Below are positions 11,367 to 25,275 of a stretch of DNA of 64,000 nt, piece after piece. The position numbers and the translations under genes were made by a program. The notes below the pieces were generated by a model. That model worked only from the letters and a program-made list of their open reading frames with translations, did not search any database and was not told the DNA's origin. Numbering within the stretch: the first letter of the stretch is position 1; every line of letters starts with the position of its first letter. Source of the stretch: Pavona decussata (taxonomy: Eukaryota); NCBI GenBank assembly GCA_977016875.1, contig CDRNST010000115.1:248001-312000 (forward strand). The letters run 5' to 3'.

Positions 11367-13739
11367 GTTTTGATCCGTTCCTCGTCGCCCATGTAATATT
11401 CTGAGTCCATTAAACCAGCCAAAGTTAGAGAACACGACTGCTTTTAATTCTAACCGTGGACGACGTGTTTCATCCGAACTGTTCTGCTGGAAAACTACTG
11501 TAGGAGCGGTTGCAAAGCTCAGAACATTGCACACCTTTCATGTGTTGTTGAATTATCCGTTGAATTTCCGTTAACTACAGGCACATACGAATAATTCCGC
11601 TACGCTCAAGACGAAATAATTGAAAATTTTCTTTGCCGCACGCGAGTCGCGTCGGGGTACGGAAATATAATTGTTGACCATTGTAATCAGTGACTTAATT
11701 ATTTTCTGCTTCATTTTCCCGTAGAAAAGCCAGAGATTTGAGGATCACAGTTGCCTTTCAACACCGTTTAGCAATACTTTCACTATTAATATCTGTTAGA
11801 CAAATTTGCATATCCGTGATTACGGTAAAATTGTGCGTCTCTGATATTTTCATTTCCTTTGGCAGATTTTCATTTAAGTCAGGGAATCTTAACTTTCTTT
11901 GGCTTTCAGTGCACTTGCCGTTTTCCAGAGCCGTTAGCTTTCCATTCGGTACCTGTCCGTTGTTTGATGGATTACTTTACCTTACGCAGCGAAATCATTT
12001 ATTGCATCCAAATCGCTTTTGGTAAGCTTTGCGAACTACGACTGAGGGACATGAGCATGTGAATGTTAGTGTGCATATGTTCATCTGGTGAAGTCACAAT
12101 TTAACTTTTTAATTCGAGTCTTTTCTTGTCATTAATTTATTTATTTATTTTCATTGTGTTTTACAAAAACATGACAAGCTTTTAATAAACTGATATAATT
12201 CAGGAAGTGTTTTGTTGCTGCTTTAAAATGACCAAGATATAAAAAATAAATGCTACAGTTGTCGGAAAGCCATTTACATGTAAGAATAATAATATGAGTC
12301 TCCTTCACAAATAGGGCCTTGTGCCTTGTGTGATCGAGGCCTGAAACGCAAACTCTTTAAACTCAAACCTATGCATTCTACCAAAAATATCCTGAAATTC
12401 TGGTACAAAATCAACATGGAACGGCAATTTTCAAAAAAGTCAGTTCGTTACGAAATCTTTTGGCATTTCATTTCGATCAGACACTCGGCTCTAGCTACTC
12501 CAGCAGCGATCAACATTATTTACAAATGAAATGTGTTTCCGTCTTACTTAACCCCACATGCTTAAGAATTCTTTCCCCAAGGTGTTTGCTTTGATAACGA
12601 AGAAAACATTGCTCCTTCCATTGATTAGTCGTCGGGTAAGTCGAAAACAAAGAAGTGAAAATAAAGTTGATGGAAAGTTCTGTTTCTTAAAACTGTAAAA
12701 ATGCACTTACAACTCCATCGACATTGTGTAAGAACAGAATCATCCTTTGACGACGATTACCAGCCCTTTGAGGTTGAACGAAGGAATATCAAGGGATAAT
12801 GAGCACCAGGCACAGGGTGATGTGTTGCGCTCGGATTTCTAGATCACGCCATCTAGGGCTCGCATTTTTGAAAAACTAGTTAAAGTCTCGGCCTCGGAAT
12901 TTAAACGAGAGTCTCGGCGGGCCTTGAATTTTTCCACTATACCCCCTCTGGAAATATGTCACTTAGGTCAACCCCCCTTCCCCACTGAAAACTAGTTTAG
13001 GCAGACTGACCACCTCCCCCCCTGGAAAATCAAATCCCTTCTATGGGACGGGTGGGGGGATATCGATATTTTTTGGAACTAAACATTCCGTTTACCGTAA
13101 TCCAGCCCTTAAAAAATCCAGAATTAAAATTGCTTACCTTTATATCTGGTCATATAGGGCAAAGAAATCATTCCACCAGTATTAAAAGTCTTTCATTTGG
13201 TGAGGGACTGGGAACATCCACCCCAAGGAAAAAATGGGAAGATAGGAGGCAGCCACAAACAGCTGCATAACATTTGAATCCTCAAAACCAAAAAAAAAAT
13301 GATGACGCCTCCCCCAAGGACATAGCCAAAATTTGCCTTCCTTGTTTGATTCCTCCTTTACCCAAATACCTCAAATTTTTGTGAGGCTAACTCAAGTCTA
13401 AGTGGAAATCTGCTGCCCAGGCTGTCAAACCCTGACCCTGTTTATGACAAAAATATTAGCACCGTATCTTGTTTATGACATGAATTAATTTTTCGAAAAA
13501 GAAAAAAAATATGTAATGCGTTTTAACAATTTGTAGGTAATCAGAGAAAAATAGACGCATTCCTTCCCCCCACCCACCCTCCATGAGGGGAAAACGCGTG
13601 AAGAGCCCTAAGAGTCATCATCACTATTACATTTCAAAGACCATTCTAAACTATTACAAATTAAAGCCACCTTTTAGTTAAGCCCATGGCATCAATGGCC
13701 ACTTCCATCGCCATATCCACGAGTTAACGATAGTGTCAC

Positions 13740-15105
13740 TTCGATTTTATTACGTAACCCCTTAACCTTGAGACTAATTATTTTCAAAAGACTAGACATA
13801 TCAACCGAGGAGAGAAAAAACAGGCAACACAAGCAGCAATAATAAGCTAGAATTGACAGCAAGAAGAGTAAATGAAAAGTAAAGTTAATTAGAAACAGGC
13901 TACTATTCAAAGAATATATAGTGTAGCACAATACAGAGCTAGTAACACTATCGAAAACAATCACAATGGTATAAAATAATTCTTTCTCCTGGGATTAACC
14001 AGTTCAAACGAAAATCGAATGCAAATTTCTAACCCGAGATTGTACTCAAAAGAGAGAAAAAAACATGACTAGTTGGGATACAAAAAAGACTAATATAGTT
14101 TCAAACAATGTCATGCAGGCAGGGAAGAATTGACGAAAGAATTGATATAAATATTATTCGTACTTCTTATTATTGCGGTGCTTGTGGGATCTGTTTTGAC
14201 GTAAATCTTTCCGTCAAGAGTCCAAACTCACCATTCTTCATGAAGACGCTTCTTATCTCGCACTTTCTTTAATAAACTTGCCCTTTGAGCCGTTAGATTT
14301 TCGTTTATGTACACTCTTTCTGCACCTCACAAAGACTCCCAAACGTTTACTCCGCGCAGCTTACAGCGATTGTGATACATTCTTTCTTTACTATAGTAAT
14401 TGGAAAATCTGACGATTATTGGCCTTGGCTGGATGTTACCTTTTTTCATCCGGTGGGAAATATCGATGTCTTCTGGTACCAGGTCCACGTTCAAGCATTT
14501 CGCAAGGTCTAAGATGATCTGTTCTGTATCTTCTTCACTTTCTTCGGGAATGCCATATATCTCTAAGTTAAATTTCCTTGTGTATTGTTCAAGATTGTCA
14601 TGCATTACTGAAAGTTCATTTACTTTCTCCTCTAAGGAGAGCTTTTGCACCTTGCTAGCCTCTAGCTTATTCTCCAAGTCTACGTCCTTCTGCTGTAGAC
14701 TAGCGCAGTTGTTTGACACTGTTTTCATCTTGTTCTTTAGCTCCTCATTCTCTTTCACCACAGAGTCGACCCTTGCTTGTGTGAACTCTAGACTAACTCA
14801 TAGTTCTTCATAATTTCTTTTTAAAGTTTTCTGTTCTTCCAGCATTAAGTTGGTATTAGTTTCAATTCTTTTTACCGCCTCCCAGATCGTTGCCAGTGTT
14901 AAGTTTTGGCCAGATTAAACGCCACATGCAATGTCTCCCATAGTCGCTGAATTTTCTTCATTAAATCGCTTTGCGTTTGGAGATTTTATAGATTCTTCGC
15001 TGCTGGCACTACTTAGATCACTTCTTTTACGTACAGTCCAATTGTAGAAGGGGTGTTACATCTTGAAGGGAGACTTATCAAGTCCAGGGTCCTCGAAGAT
15101 AAGAG
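13740..15105 (-). pseudogene. Tx1/L1-type LINE 5' part: ORF1 (about 14150-15100) and the first codons of ORF2
   Basis: Coiled coil followed by LEQYTRKFNLEIYGIPE, DISHR, PRPIIVRF and YINENLT. ORF2 start MSSLLKIISLKVKGLRNK. Confidence 0.75.
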
Positions 15106-15119
15106 CATAAAAAGATCAT

Positions 15120-16960
15120 CTTCAGCAATACAGGAATCATGATCACTGAAGATATACTGGAAGTACCTTGTTAAGGCCGTTGGGCATGCGCGGTCGTCGG
15201 TGAGGACGTCAGACCCATGTTTGCCTGGAAGGTGACGAGCACATAGTTCAAAATCATGGAACAGGAAAGAAACCACAATTATCTCAAAACAGTGTTGCAT
15301 GTAAGCATTGTTAGTGGAGCCTGAGTTGATCACAGTAGTAGCAGTCTCAGTCGTCTCAGTCGCACAAGATAAGAAGTTGCTGATGTCTTGACATACGAGC
15401 CCAGAACTTCACAGCAACAATGATATAGTGAAGATAGAAGCGCAGATATGAGTCGCAGTGGAACAGATGAAATGCGGGAAGGCAAACGTGTGGCATTGAC
15501 CAAGGCATGTTGCCCCACCACAAACCGTACAAGAATCGGTTGTGAAATGCAAAGTATCGAAGAGCCACTCCATGGGCTTGATTACAGAAACACTGTTAAG
15601 TAGGGGAAGAAATATTTTCCACCACAACAGATCCTGACACATTTCCAAGGTGACTGGTTGTTGTTTTGCATGTGGAGGAAAACTCCGCAAAATGTTTAAA
15701 AGACACAAGAGAAATATCCAGCTGGCATGAATGCAAGCAGACACACAAGAAAGTTTTCTGAGTTAGGACTGCAGATCTTTAATTGTGAACTGCTTGCATG
15801 ACAGCCACAGATGTAATTCGTCAGATAATTCACGAAGCCATAGATATGGAACTCGTAAAGTTAAATCCTTGGTGTTGATGAGAATACCCAAGCAAACCAT
15901 AGCACGAGATTTTAGCACCAGGAGCCCTAGGGTTAGTAGAGTGGATAGTGAAAGTTTCCATGTGCGAAAAGGTGTCCTTTAACTCAATATAACTTTGATA
16001 ACTCCATGGTCAGATGGAGGGTGGAACAGTGTGGCGCTGAGAGGCGTTGTCAAAATGTTGACGGAATGGGATTTCTTCTCTTTGCACAATGAAGCATAGG
16101 ATGATCCAGAGTGCGAACGAAAAAATATTTTAGAGTGGGATTTGTATCTTTGCCCTAATGTCGCAAGCACAAGGACCCTTGTAGTTCCACTGCCAACAAG
16201 CCCGGTTTTCTTGACTCCTGTTTGGTTTTGCGCACTTTGTGGGAGTGGACAAGGACCTTGTGCGAGAGGTGGATGCAGGACGTAAATCCGAGGTTTGAAA
16301 AACGTGTTTGCTAGAACGCAAATTTCTGCGGCATCAAACTATTCCAGGCGATACAACTCTACTTGTTTAGCAATGTCAGCATGGAAAGACCGAACAATGC
16401 TCCAAGTATAACTTATTCCTTTGATCATAAGAAACTCTAAGTGGCAGAGTATGAATTTGGTCGCTTCGAGATCATATGTTTTGATCATTGCAAGATACCT
16501 GGCGACGAATTCTGCCAGATCGAGCTTTTCATCCTCTACGTTTGTAGACATACCTGGGCAAAACTCGTGAGGCCAGTCAACATGGCATTTTTTGCGTGTT
16601 ATTGGAGGGGATGCTGATGTCCCTTTGGCATCACCTGAGGATGGCGGTGGAGTACACTGTGCTTGTTTGAAGCGAACAAGTTCCAACTCCAGTTCTAATT
16701 TGTCATGCTCAGTCTAGATGGGGGAAATCTTCTGGGCCAACTGGTTTGGCTCGGCAGGGATCTGGTTGACTGCTTACATCTGTTTCTGGGAAAGTAAAGC
16801 ATGGACAGAATGTAAAGGTGTGTCCTTCTTCTGGCTTTTTTCTGTTTTTGGTTGTTGATCGGTAGCAGACGGAAAATGGACGGGTGGCAGACCAAAGTCA
16901 CATGCGGAAAATTCACATGCTTGCCCTATGAAACGAGCTTGTGACCAACCAATCAATGTA
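15120..16960 (-). pseudogene. Ngaro/DIRS-type retrotransposon fragment (gag-like, RT/RNase H)
   Basis: The gag-like DWPHEFCPG...LDLAEFVARYLAMI is homologous to the neighbouring Ngaro. RT/RH remnants QDLLWWKIFLP, FTTDSC, ARHLPG. Confidence 0.7.
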
Positions 16961-17449
16961 CCTTGCATTCCGATAAGCTTAGTGACGTTATATGATAATC
17001 ACCTAATTAGTAAAAATCAATCACTTAAGATATCGACAGATACTGCAATGTTTGGGCAAAACGTTTATTGACAAAGAAACGTACTAGGGCAGACCAATAG
17101 ACTAAAAGGCATAAAAGGAAAGGGTGATGTGGGTGGGAAAAAAAACCAGCAAGCAAATTGGCTGACAAGATTGAGCAATCTGACATGCAATACTCGAACA
17201 CAAGCAAAGAAGCATAGCTGACACGCAGGAAATGTTATCTATCGGTAATTATCACTCATCACTTATGGTGATCATTATTCAATCACTTAAGATATCAACA
17301 CATACTGCAATGTTTGGGCAAAACGTTTATTGACAAGGAAGCGTACTAGGGCAGACCAATAAACTAAAAGGCCAAAAACCCAAACATGGGAGTATGTGTT
17401 GATATTGCGAGAGGAAAAAAATTAAATGATTCGTTTTTGTTGGTCAGAC

Positions 17450-18312
17450 ATTTCATGGTAAATTAAGTAGCAATCACTGCACCAGTCGCCCTAAACCTTA
17501 ATCAACTCAGGTGGTATGGGTGAATGTGGCACCGCCTCTACGGAAACTATGAGGTAAATAATAAGTCGAATCTAGGCCTACGGCCTCAGCACTTAGGCAA
17601 GAAATGAACTAAAATCTGCGTAAGTGATGGGTCGCAGGTGTCCGGTTGACTGAGCAGAAATAAGAGGCCTGCCTAGCAGTACATGGTTAATACGCAAGGG
17701 AGTAAGCAGAGCAGTGACAGGACACAACAAACTACGTGGCACGCACGGCAAAGGTAAAGAAAAAGTACACTCTTGAAACTGGATAGTCCTGCTTGCACAA
17801 ACTGTGACATAAGCAAACAACCCATCAAAATGAAGGTCTGAACGCAACACAACCTTGGGAGTAATGAGCGCCTCACTGTCAACTACTAAATTTGATTTAC
17901 GCAAAAAAGAATAGAAAGCCACTAAAAAAAAGCCCACATGGCTGCTTGGAGAGGATTTTCTCTGTCAAATAGATGCTCGACATCAAGTAGCAAATGTGGG
18001 GTTATAGGTACTTTACGCTTAACTGCTATACCTAAATGACTCAGCACCGTGCAACAAAAGTTTGTAACAGTAATCACTATCCCAGTTCAACCCATGCCCG
18101 AGAAGCTTGTGCATATGTTTGATACTGCTAAGATGATTCAAAATTGTACCGTAAACATGACCAAGTGACACAAGATAAGCGACATATCTGATAATTAAAG
18201 TAACAGTAACTGGGAAGGGAACTAACGAAACGGCGTCACAAAAAGAAAGATAGCTCTTAATGTGTGAGTTCAAGTTCTTTTGGCTTGAGAAAGCATAAGC
18301 CAAGTGGATCAA
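17450..18312 (-). pseudogene. Ngaro tyrosine recombinase
   Basis: AFYSFLRKSNL, CPVTAL, HSFRRGGATF and GDWCSDCY, with frameshifts. Confidence 0.85.
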
Positions 18313-21017
18313 ATGTTGTCCGGTAGAATCCAGTGTAGAAATGTCCAGAGAAGAATGCTGGCCTACAACAGAAACATGACACAGGAAAATTAGGAGATCT
18401 TACAAAATAACGCATTGCTACTAATGTCTAACATGTGGAAATTAACGCCGCGTTGACACTCAAGTTCGTGAAATCGCCCGGGATATGAATGGTCCGTATC
18501 CCAGCGACTCAGACAGTCAGCAAAAACGTTGTGGATCCCAGGAGCATGAATTACATGAATCTCCAAGTTGTAACGAGCTTTGGTTAACCAAAGTTGTCGT
18601 AAACATCGCTGCATGAAAGAAACCTGTGTACGACCGGAATTCACAATCTGTACCGCCGCGTCCTTGTCACACGAGATTTGAAACTGTACACCAGGCAACT
18701 TAGGGGCCCAAATCTTAACAGCAATGACGAGTACAAACAATTTAAGAGCAGTAATGTACAAAGCCAAACTCTCGATATGACGCAGAAAGGCAAACAAAAT
18801 GCATTCATTGAAACAAGTGGCACCACCTTGATGTAATGAATCGCATGTGAACAAGCATCTTGAAAGTCAGATGGATGCAATTGGATCAAAACCGTACCAT
18901 TAAACGAGGGTTAAAGAGGCCAACCACCAATTAATGTCAGCAAGCATCTCACTGGAGATAGAAAAACGTGACTGGTTGGGCAACAAGCGACGAAGACAGT
19001 TCAATAAGCGAGACATTAAAATCCTGCCCAGCCTGACGTACAAAGTAACAAAAGAAAGTTTGCGTAGGAGCACTTCTAGCTGACGTTTCGAAAAATTTGC
19101 AAAGGTCGACCACTGTAACAATTCGTCATGAAGCTTGAGTAGTCTCTGCGGGACTTCAAATACTATTCGTACAGTGTCAACGAGGATCCCGAGACAAACC
19201 ATTTGAGTCGAAGGTGAACAATCATTCTTTGGTGACGACTGTAAACCCAGTTCAGCAAATAAATCCTGGAGTTGCTCAAAAGCAGCGGGTGCGACTGAAG
19301 GATACTCGGCACCATAAAAATCGTCCAAATAGACGTCGGCTGAAAACCCCTCCTGTGTGAAACTATAAATAACTGCTGGCGTAGTTCTTTAACAGATAAC
19401 AGATAACTGCAAACCAAAAGGGCACCTAGTGTAGAAATACAGTGCTTTGTCCCAGAAGAAGCCGAGAAACTTGTAATGTTTGGGGTCGATTGGGAATTTC
19501 CGGTAAGCCCTCTTTAAGTCCTTTTTGAAGACCTAACAACCTGGCCCTTTTTCAACAATAAAGTCCCTCAGACGGTCTTTGCCCAGCAAGCGCAACTGAA
19601 AAGCTGTGTCCAGATAATGTGTTTTTGAGATGCTGAGCATGGACAACTCAAATCCATCACGACACGATGCCTAGTAACACTCGGTTTAGGAACTGTTTGC
19701 AAGGACGATATAACCAGATCTTCGTGTAAGGGATTGTACTGAAAGGGACCAGCAATTGCTTTGTAAGATAATTCGGTCTGATTTACATCATAGGAATAGG
19801 CGAGAGCTGACTGGTGATTCTGACTAGTAGAAGATGGCAAAAAGCCCCCACCATAGTTGATAGGCCAGCCAAATTCTAAAAAGTCCATGACATTGTGATC
19901 AGCATAATTGGTAAGATAAGCCCGCCAAACCAAATGCATTCGGCTGTGGAAAGCGAGAAGCCAGCAAATGGGCAATGACCGTGCATACACAATGTGGCGC
20001 GAGATGGTCCTGACTAAATAATAAATCATTATCCATAATTGTGTCCATGTCTGGTCCGAGGTCTGACTGAGGCAGTAGAGGAAAGCAACAGTCCTGTACG
20101 TTTAGTCGCTGCTGAAGTGGATTTGGCATTTTCCATTTCGGACAGTGCAGCATGGGATGATCGGCCGATTTGCAAACCAGACAGACATGAAGGGAGGCAT
20201 AGGTGGAAGCTTCGACTTCGCAAGAGCAAGAAGTGCAATGGTTCCCAAGTCTGACAACCCTTAGGTTGCTCTGTGCCAGCATTTGAGTCTGGCTTTTGAG
20301 GAGGCAGGGGACAGGTGGAATTGACGTGGACCGAGTGCAGATCTGAATGATTGAAAGAAGTGGCCACCATTTCGCGAATTGCAGGGATATCATTCCATTC
20401 TAGCCGACCTTGCTCGACTTGCCGAGCTAGGTAATAATAAAAAGCGCGCACACTGGTCCAAGAATAACTCATCGCTTTACGCATTAATAACTCAAGGATG
20501 TGGAGCATATGCTTTGTGGTCTCCGAGTCAAAGAGCTTGATCATGGCCAAATAGCCGGCCACAAAAGCAGCTAGATCTAAAGTATTAATGTCACTTGTGA
20601 GCGACATACCTGGCACAAAATCTTGTGGCCAATCTATGGTTCTCTTCTTTGGTAAACTACCACAGGAAGCTCCGCTTTGTTTGCTTTGTCTGCTTTGCCC
20701 GCCTTCTGCTTGAATGGCTGTAGCTGTAGCACTTCCAATTCAAGCTGTAAATTTTCCTTTTGATGCTGGACCAATTCGAGTTGTCGCTCGAGGCGATCTC
20801 CTTGAACAGATGGTGTACGCTCAAGAACAGTTCGAGGACTGGAATATGTCTGAATATATATATGAATATATCTGTTTGACGAGATCGTCTGTAACCCCGC
20901 CCACAGTCTCCATAGCCTCCTCCCTCAAAGGAAGAGTTGTAAATATGCACTGAGACGCAAAAGTGATTTCACTCTCCCCCTATGTAAGACCGAGCGTTTG
21001 AAGAACAGTTTTATTTT

Positions 21018-21208
21018 CAGCCATGTCTATAAGATGTAGATATTTCCTCATTTCCTCTTTGTTATTATATTTTTAGCCATGTCTATAAGATGTAGATAAT
21101 TTTCTTATTTTCTTATTTTCTCTTTGTTATTATTAGAATTTGTAAATATCCCGTAATTTAGCTTATGGCTGCAATGGTGTTTATAATAAAGTATCTATCT
21201 ATCTATCT
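21018..21208 (+). mobile_element. Short retroelement 3' end with a (TATC)n tail, inserted in the Ngaro 5' region
   Basis: aataaa followed by gtatctatctatctatc; internally duplicated gccatgtctataagatgtagat. Confidence 0.5.
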
Positions 21209-22049
21209 TGCAAGTCTAGATAAGCCAACTGAGCAAACAGATTAGACTCAGGAAAGGTGAAGTCAGGTCCTTGCAGTGGAGCTTTCGGCCTGGTGAATTT
21301 TGACTTTGACTTTGGTTTGGCTAACATAATAATACAAGCGTGGAACAGATGTTAGAGCTTGACTATGGCGAGTCGAAGGAGTGGTTGTTTGCTCTGCATG
21401 AGATGATGAGAAAAAAGAAAACGAGCAAGCACGCTGGCTGACAAGATTGAGCAATCTGACATGTGATACTCAAACACGAGCAGAGAAGCATAGCTGACAC
21501 GCAGGGAATGTTATCTATCGGTAATTATCAATCATCACTTATGGTGGTCATTATTCAATTATGAGAAGGATAGCAAGCAAGAAGAAAGGATAACACAGAT
21601 TAACAAGCAACAATAATCGCAGTCGTGGGTTTCATTTAACAAAAAAATAAAACCTTTTATTCCCAAGTTTACTGTCTTTAAAAGGAGTCGACTCTTCATC
21701 TTTGTCAATGACCTGCATTGAGTAATGAATCTTTATTTACACCACTTACACATCTTTGAATGCTGAAGCAGGATGTCCTACTTTCCTTCCTGTGTGAGTT
21801 TTTTCTGAAGTTTCCATGCTTGTTATCAATGTGTTGGTTGACTTAGCTCGCTTTCTACTTACGTTTGCTTCACCCTCTCAATGAGATGTGTTGCTTAACT
21901 CTCTGCTTGCCTGTGATACACTTCCAGAATGACTATCATCACAGTTTTGAATATCCACAAATGAGTCATCTTTAATATCCACAGACAACTCTTCCTCCTC
22001 TGAGATCCTTGCCAAAAAACAAGTTTACTATTAGAAAGCAATAGTAATC

Positions 22050-22160
22050 GTCATAAGAAGTCTTCCATCTTCTCAATAAATCTCTCCGTGTATTCTCTTC
22101 TTGATGGCAGTGAGACGTTCTTGGTTGAGTAACCCAAATTAATTTTCTCCATAGTAATAG
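22050..22160 (-). pseudogene. Penelope-like element N-terminal fragment
   Basis: INLGYSTKNVSLPSRREYTERFIEKMEDF resembles the PLE N-terminal motif YSxKNIPxP..Y...IEK.E. Confidence 0.45.
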
Positions 22161-22939
22161 ATGATGAATTCGTCAGAGTGCTCAACAGATAGAAGCTGGA
22201 TATAACTGACCCTCATAATATCCTATTGTTCTCTCTCTGTATTAAATCAACAATTTCAGCCTGAGGAGGCCTGTTATTCAGGTTTGTGCAAATGTCTGAG
22301 GAATACGGAGGCAGCCATTTTTGTAAGCTTGGAAATTATCAGGGGTAATTTTAACGAATTAAAAGAGTCAATATTGCACTGGACTACCTGCAACACAATA
22401 TTTTTAACATTGCATCTTGTTTGCAACACTATTTTTAATATTGTGTCCGGCTTGCTATAAGCACCTTAATTGCATCATATATTTTTTATCGGAACCTAGA
22501 GAGGTTTCTAAAGTAAATTAATAGATGGGAACTATTATTCGGTCAAGATGCAAGCACTATGGTTAGCCACCGAATTTGAACATTTGTAAATTTTGATTCC
22601 TACACAACTTACAATGACAATGTGACTTACTGTATGAGATCACAATTTTAGTGCTATTAGTACTAATTAAAACTGACTGATTATATTCTCGTTCTGCTTT
22701 TCTTTAAAGACTTTATCGCTTAACCCCATTTCTTTAACGATGTTTAACGTCATTTTTTAAGAGATCACTTTCCCCTTACTCTTTGCCATCCATTTCAACC
22801 CTCTTAGGAATCGTCCCCTGCAAGATTTCACTTGCTTTTCTTTTAAGTGTTGATGACGTACATTTATACTCCCTAACCCCATCATATGATCAGTGACCAG
22901 TGGTTTCTCGAATAACTTGTTCTGGCACACCACCGTCAC

Positions 22940-23050
22940 ACAACCATTCCCTAACGTTTCTTTTCCCATTGTTTTATTATAATACCATACGACCCCTTTT
23001 GGTTTAGGCAAAGGCCGCAAATAAAATGCGTTGTCACTGATTTGCTAAGC
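22940..23050 (-). pseudogene. Crypton (DUF3504-like) fragment
   Basis: AFYLRPLPKPKGVVWYYNKTMGKETLG motif. Confidence 0.45.
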
Positions 23051-23490
23051 CATAGCTGGTACAAGTAGGTTTGTGGAGTCGGACTAGTTCAAACACATTT
23101 ACTTGCTACTCCGAGTTTCATGCTTCTCACATAGCAATCATCAGGCAACTGCCAAAAATAATGGATACAATCTGAGATATACAGATTTGAAAATTTGAAA
23201 ATGGAGAACGATGCATACTAATTTCACGTGACAATATGTGATTTGTTTGATCAAGTGATGACGTTATTCAAGAGGAATTTCTTAGAGTGTCTAGAGCTCA
23301 ATGCCAGTTCGTATCTGCTGTTAAGGGATGACATTTGTGGTTTACATATTATGAAGACATTTTTTACCTCTTAAAGCACTACTCACATTGTACAACACCA
23401 TGAGCTACCCATATTTTACATATTTCAACATTATTTAGGCAAAGACGTATCCCACTAGACTAAAGCCTATCCTCAGGGCACAGGAAAAAA

Positions 23491-24220
23491 TTTTTTTTTT
23501 TGTATTAATCTTTATTGACAAAACACAACAAGAAGCTAGGTACAAAGCAAGTACGAAAAGAAAAGTATGTAGTAGAAAAAACAGGCTAGACTGGAAGTAT
23601 TATTTACAAAAGTACAATTATTAGGTTAACAATATATTTATTGTGGTATTACAAAATTATGTATAATAACTACAATAGCTTGCCCCATACAGAAAGAAAA
23701 TTATGCAATTGATTATTTGCCAAGTAACTTTCTTTTACAATATCTAATTTGTGTTTAAGGCGGATCAGAAAGCTCTCAAAAGTTAACTTGCCGTTGCATG
23801 TGCTTGTTGAGAAGATATGATGTTTTGCGATAAGTAAAGTGACATTAAGTGTCTTTTTATTCTCGACGTTGTCGTGCCAAACATATCGGACAACGCATTC
23901 TGTTAAGGAAATGAATTGTTTCGTTTTTTGATACCACCAGGTCGTGAATTTTTCCCAGAAGTCTTTTGACTTAGTGCAATAGAAAAGCAAGTGAGTAATA
24001 GTTTGTTTTTCAATACTGCATAGCGGGCAAATGTCACTTTCTGTAATTCCAGCACGCAACAGACTAAGTTTGGTAGGTAGAATGTGGTGAATGATGCTAT
24101 GTTGAAATGCTATTAGTTTGGTGTCTTTTGTTATTTGAAAAGGTAATGCATAAACTTTGTGAATATTTCCTTTAGTAAAACCGTACCTTAAAATTCTGTT
24201 TTCGCCTGTTGGGGGCTAGA
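23491..24220 (-). mobile_element. 5'-truncated Tx1/L1-type LINE 3' end
   Basis: zf-RVT motif CPLCSIEKQTITHLLFYC; poly(T) at 23491-23501 is the poly(A) tail. Confidence 0.8.
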
Positions 24221-25275
24221 TGCACATTTAACCACAGTGAAGTACATGGCAAGGGCAGCAAGACTAATGCGTTTATTAGGATCAGGCTGAGCCATCTATT
24301 TACAACACTTGCGATGAAAACTAAAAAAAATACAATTGTCTAAGTCTAAGGAAACAGAAAACTACTAATTCAACGCCGTAAAAAACGAAAGGAAAGAATA
24401 CATCGAATTTTACAAGCGTAACTTACGTCTGATCTTGACTCCGGGGTTGAGAACAAGTTACTCCACGTTCTCTTAGAGACTCCGTTAGAAATAGCTCCGT
24501 GAACTCCTTACAGTTTGAAAACTCCTCGCAACTGAGAAACGTGCTTACAGAAAAAGGATCTTAATACATGTCTTTGACGTAAAGGAAATAATAATGAAAA
24601 AAGCTTTGTGCAGCTGGCCAAAAAACGGATATTCGGTAATCATGCAATCAATAAAACAAAGCTACAAACATAAAAGAACAAATAGTCCCTGAGTGTTTCT
24701 AAAATGCATTGTTCTTGTCAGGAACGTCACATACATAAAACTTAACTACACATGTAACACGGAAAAAAATTATAAAAGAGGCTGTATGAGTGGCCCTTAA
24801 AACGCCCTAAATTGCATTTCGGACTGGAAAATCACTTGGAAATTAATTGATGTTATTTTAGCGGTAGTAATCGTACTGCTACAGATATAATTATGGTGAC
24901 TGATTATATGTTACACTCAACCAACCGCTTTCGAGAAAAAAGTAGAACGTTTTAATAGTAAAATGGTTCAATTTGGGCTGTTAATTCTGACAGGCTATTT
25001 CCCGGGCATTAGTAAGAAGTGTGTGATTACAAGGGCAAATCGAGCGGTTTGTTGATGGGCCATAATTTTCCTGATGCAAAGTTTGTCAGGTTGCGACTTA
25101 CTGAAAGCTGCTGGGATTTTATTTCTTCTGGCCACTAGGAACGTTTCCATTTGTGCTCTTCCTATTTCCACAATGCCATAGGGTAGGTCTTGGTACATCC
25201 TATGTGCCGTACCTTTCAGGCGGTGGCCAAGGGAGAGAATATTCTTGCAATTTTTGTATCTCAGGAATCTTGCAA

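Larger units (their letters stand above)
8715..11533 (-). mobile_element. Gypsy (Mag-like) LTR retrotransposon, internally deleted
   Basis: 142-bp LTRs at 8715-8856 and 11392-11533 (TG..CA). 5-bp TSD CCTTT at 8710-8714 and 11534-11538. PBS TGGGCGACGAGG (tRNA-Ser-like) and PPT GGGGGAG. Confidence 0.95.
17018..21559 (-). mobile_element. Ngaro-type tyrosine recombinase retrotransposon with split direct repeats, degraded ORFs
   Basis: Minus-strand order: A1 (21424-21559), gag, RT (KDLKRAY, YLDDF), RH (HAPGIHNVFADCLSR), YR, B1 (17280-17372), A2 (17148-17283), B2 (17018-17110). Confidence 0.9.

Noticed and set aside
12850-13110. C/G-run-rich patches resembling MITE remnants (also 40190-40400)
   Set aside because: Could not define TIRs or TSDs.
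24427-24545. Possible minus-strand exon (AG...GTAAGT bounded open frame)
   Set aside because: Isolated, with no recognisable protein similarity.
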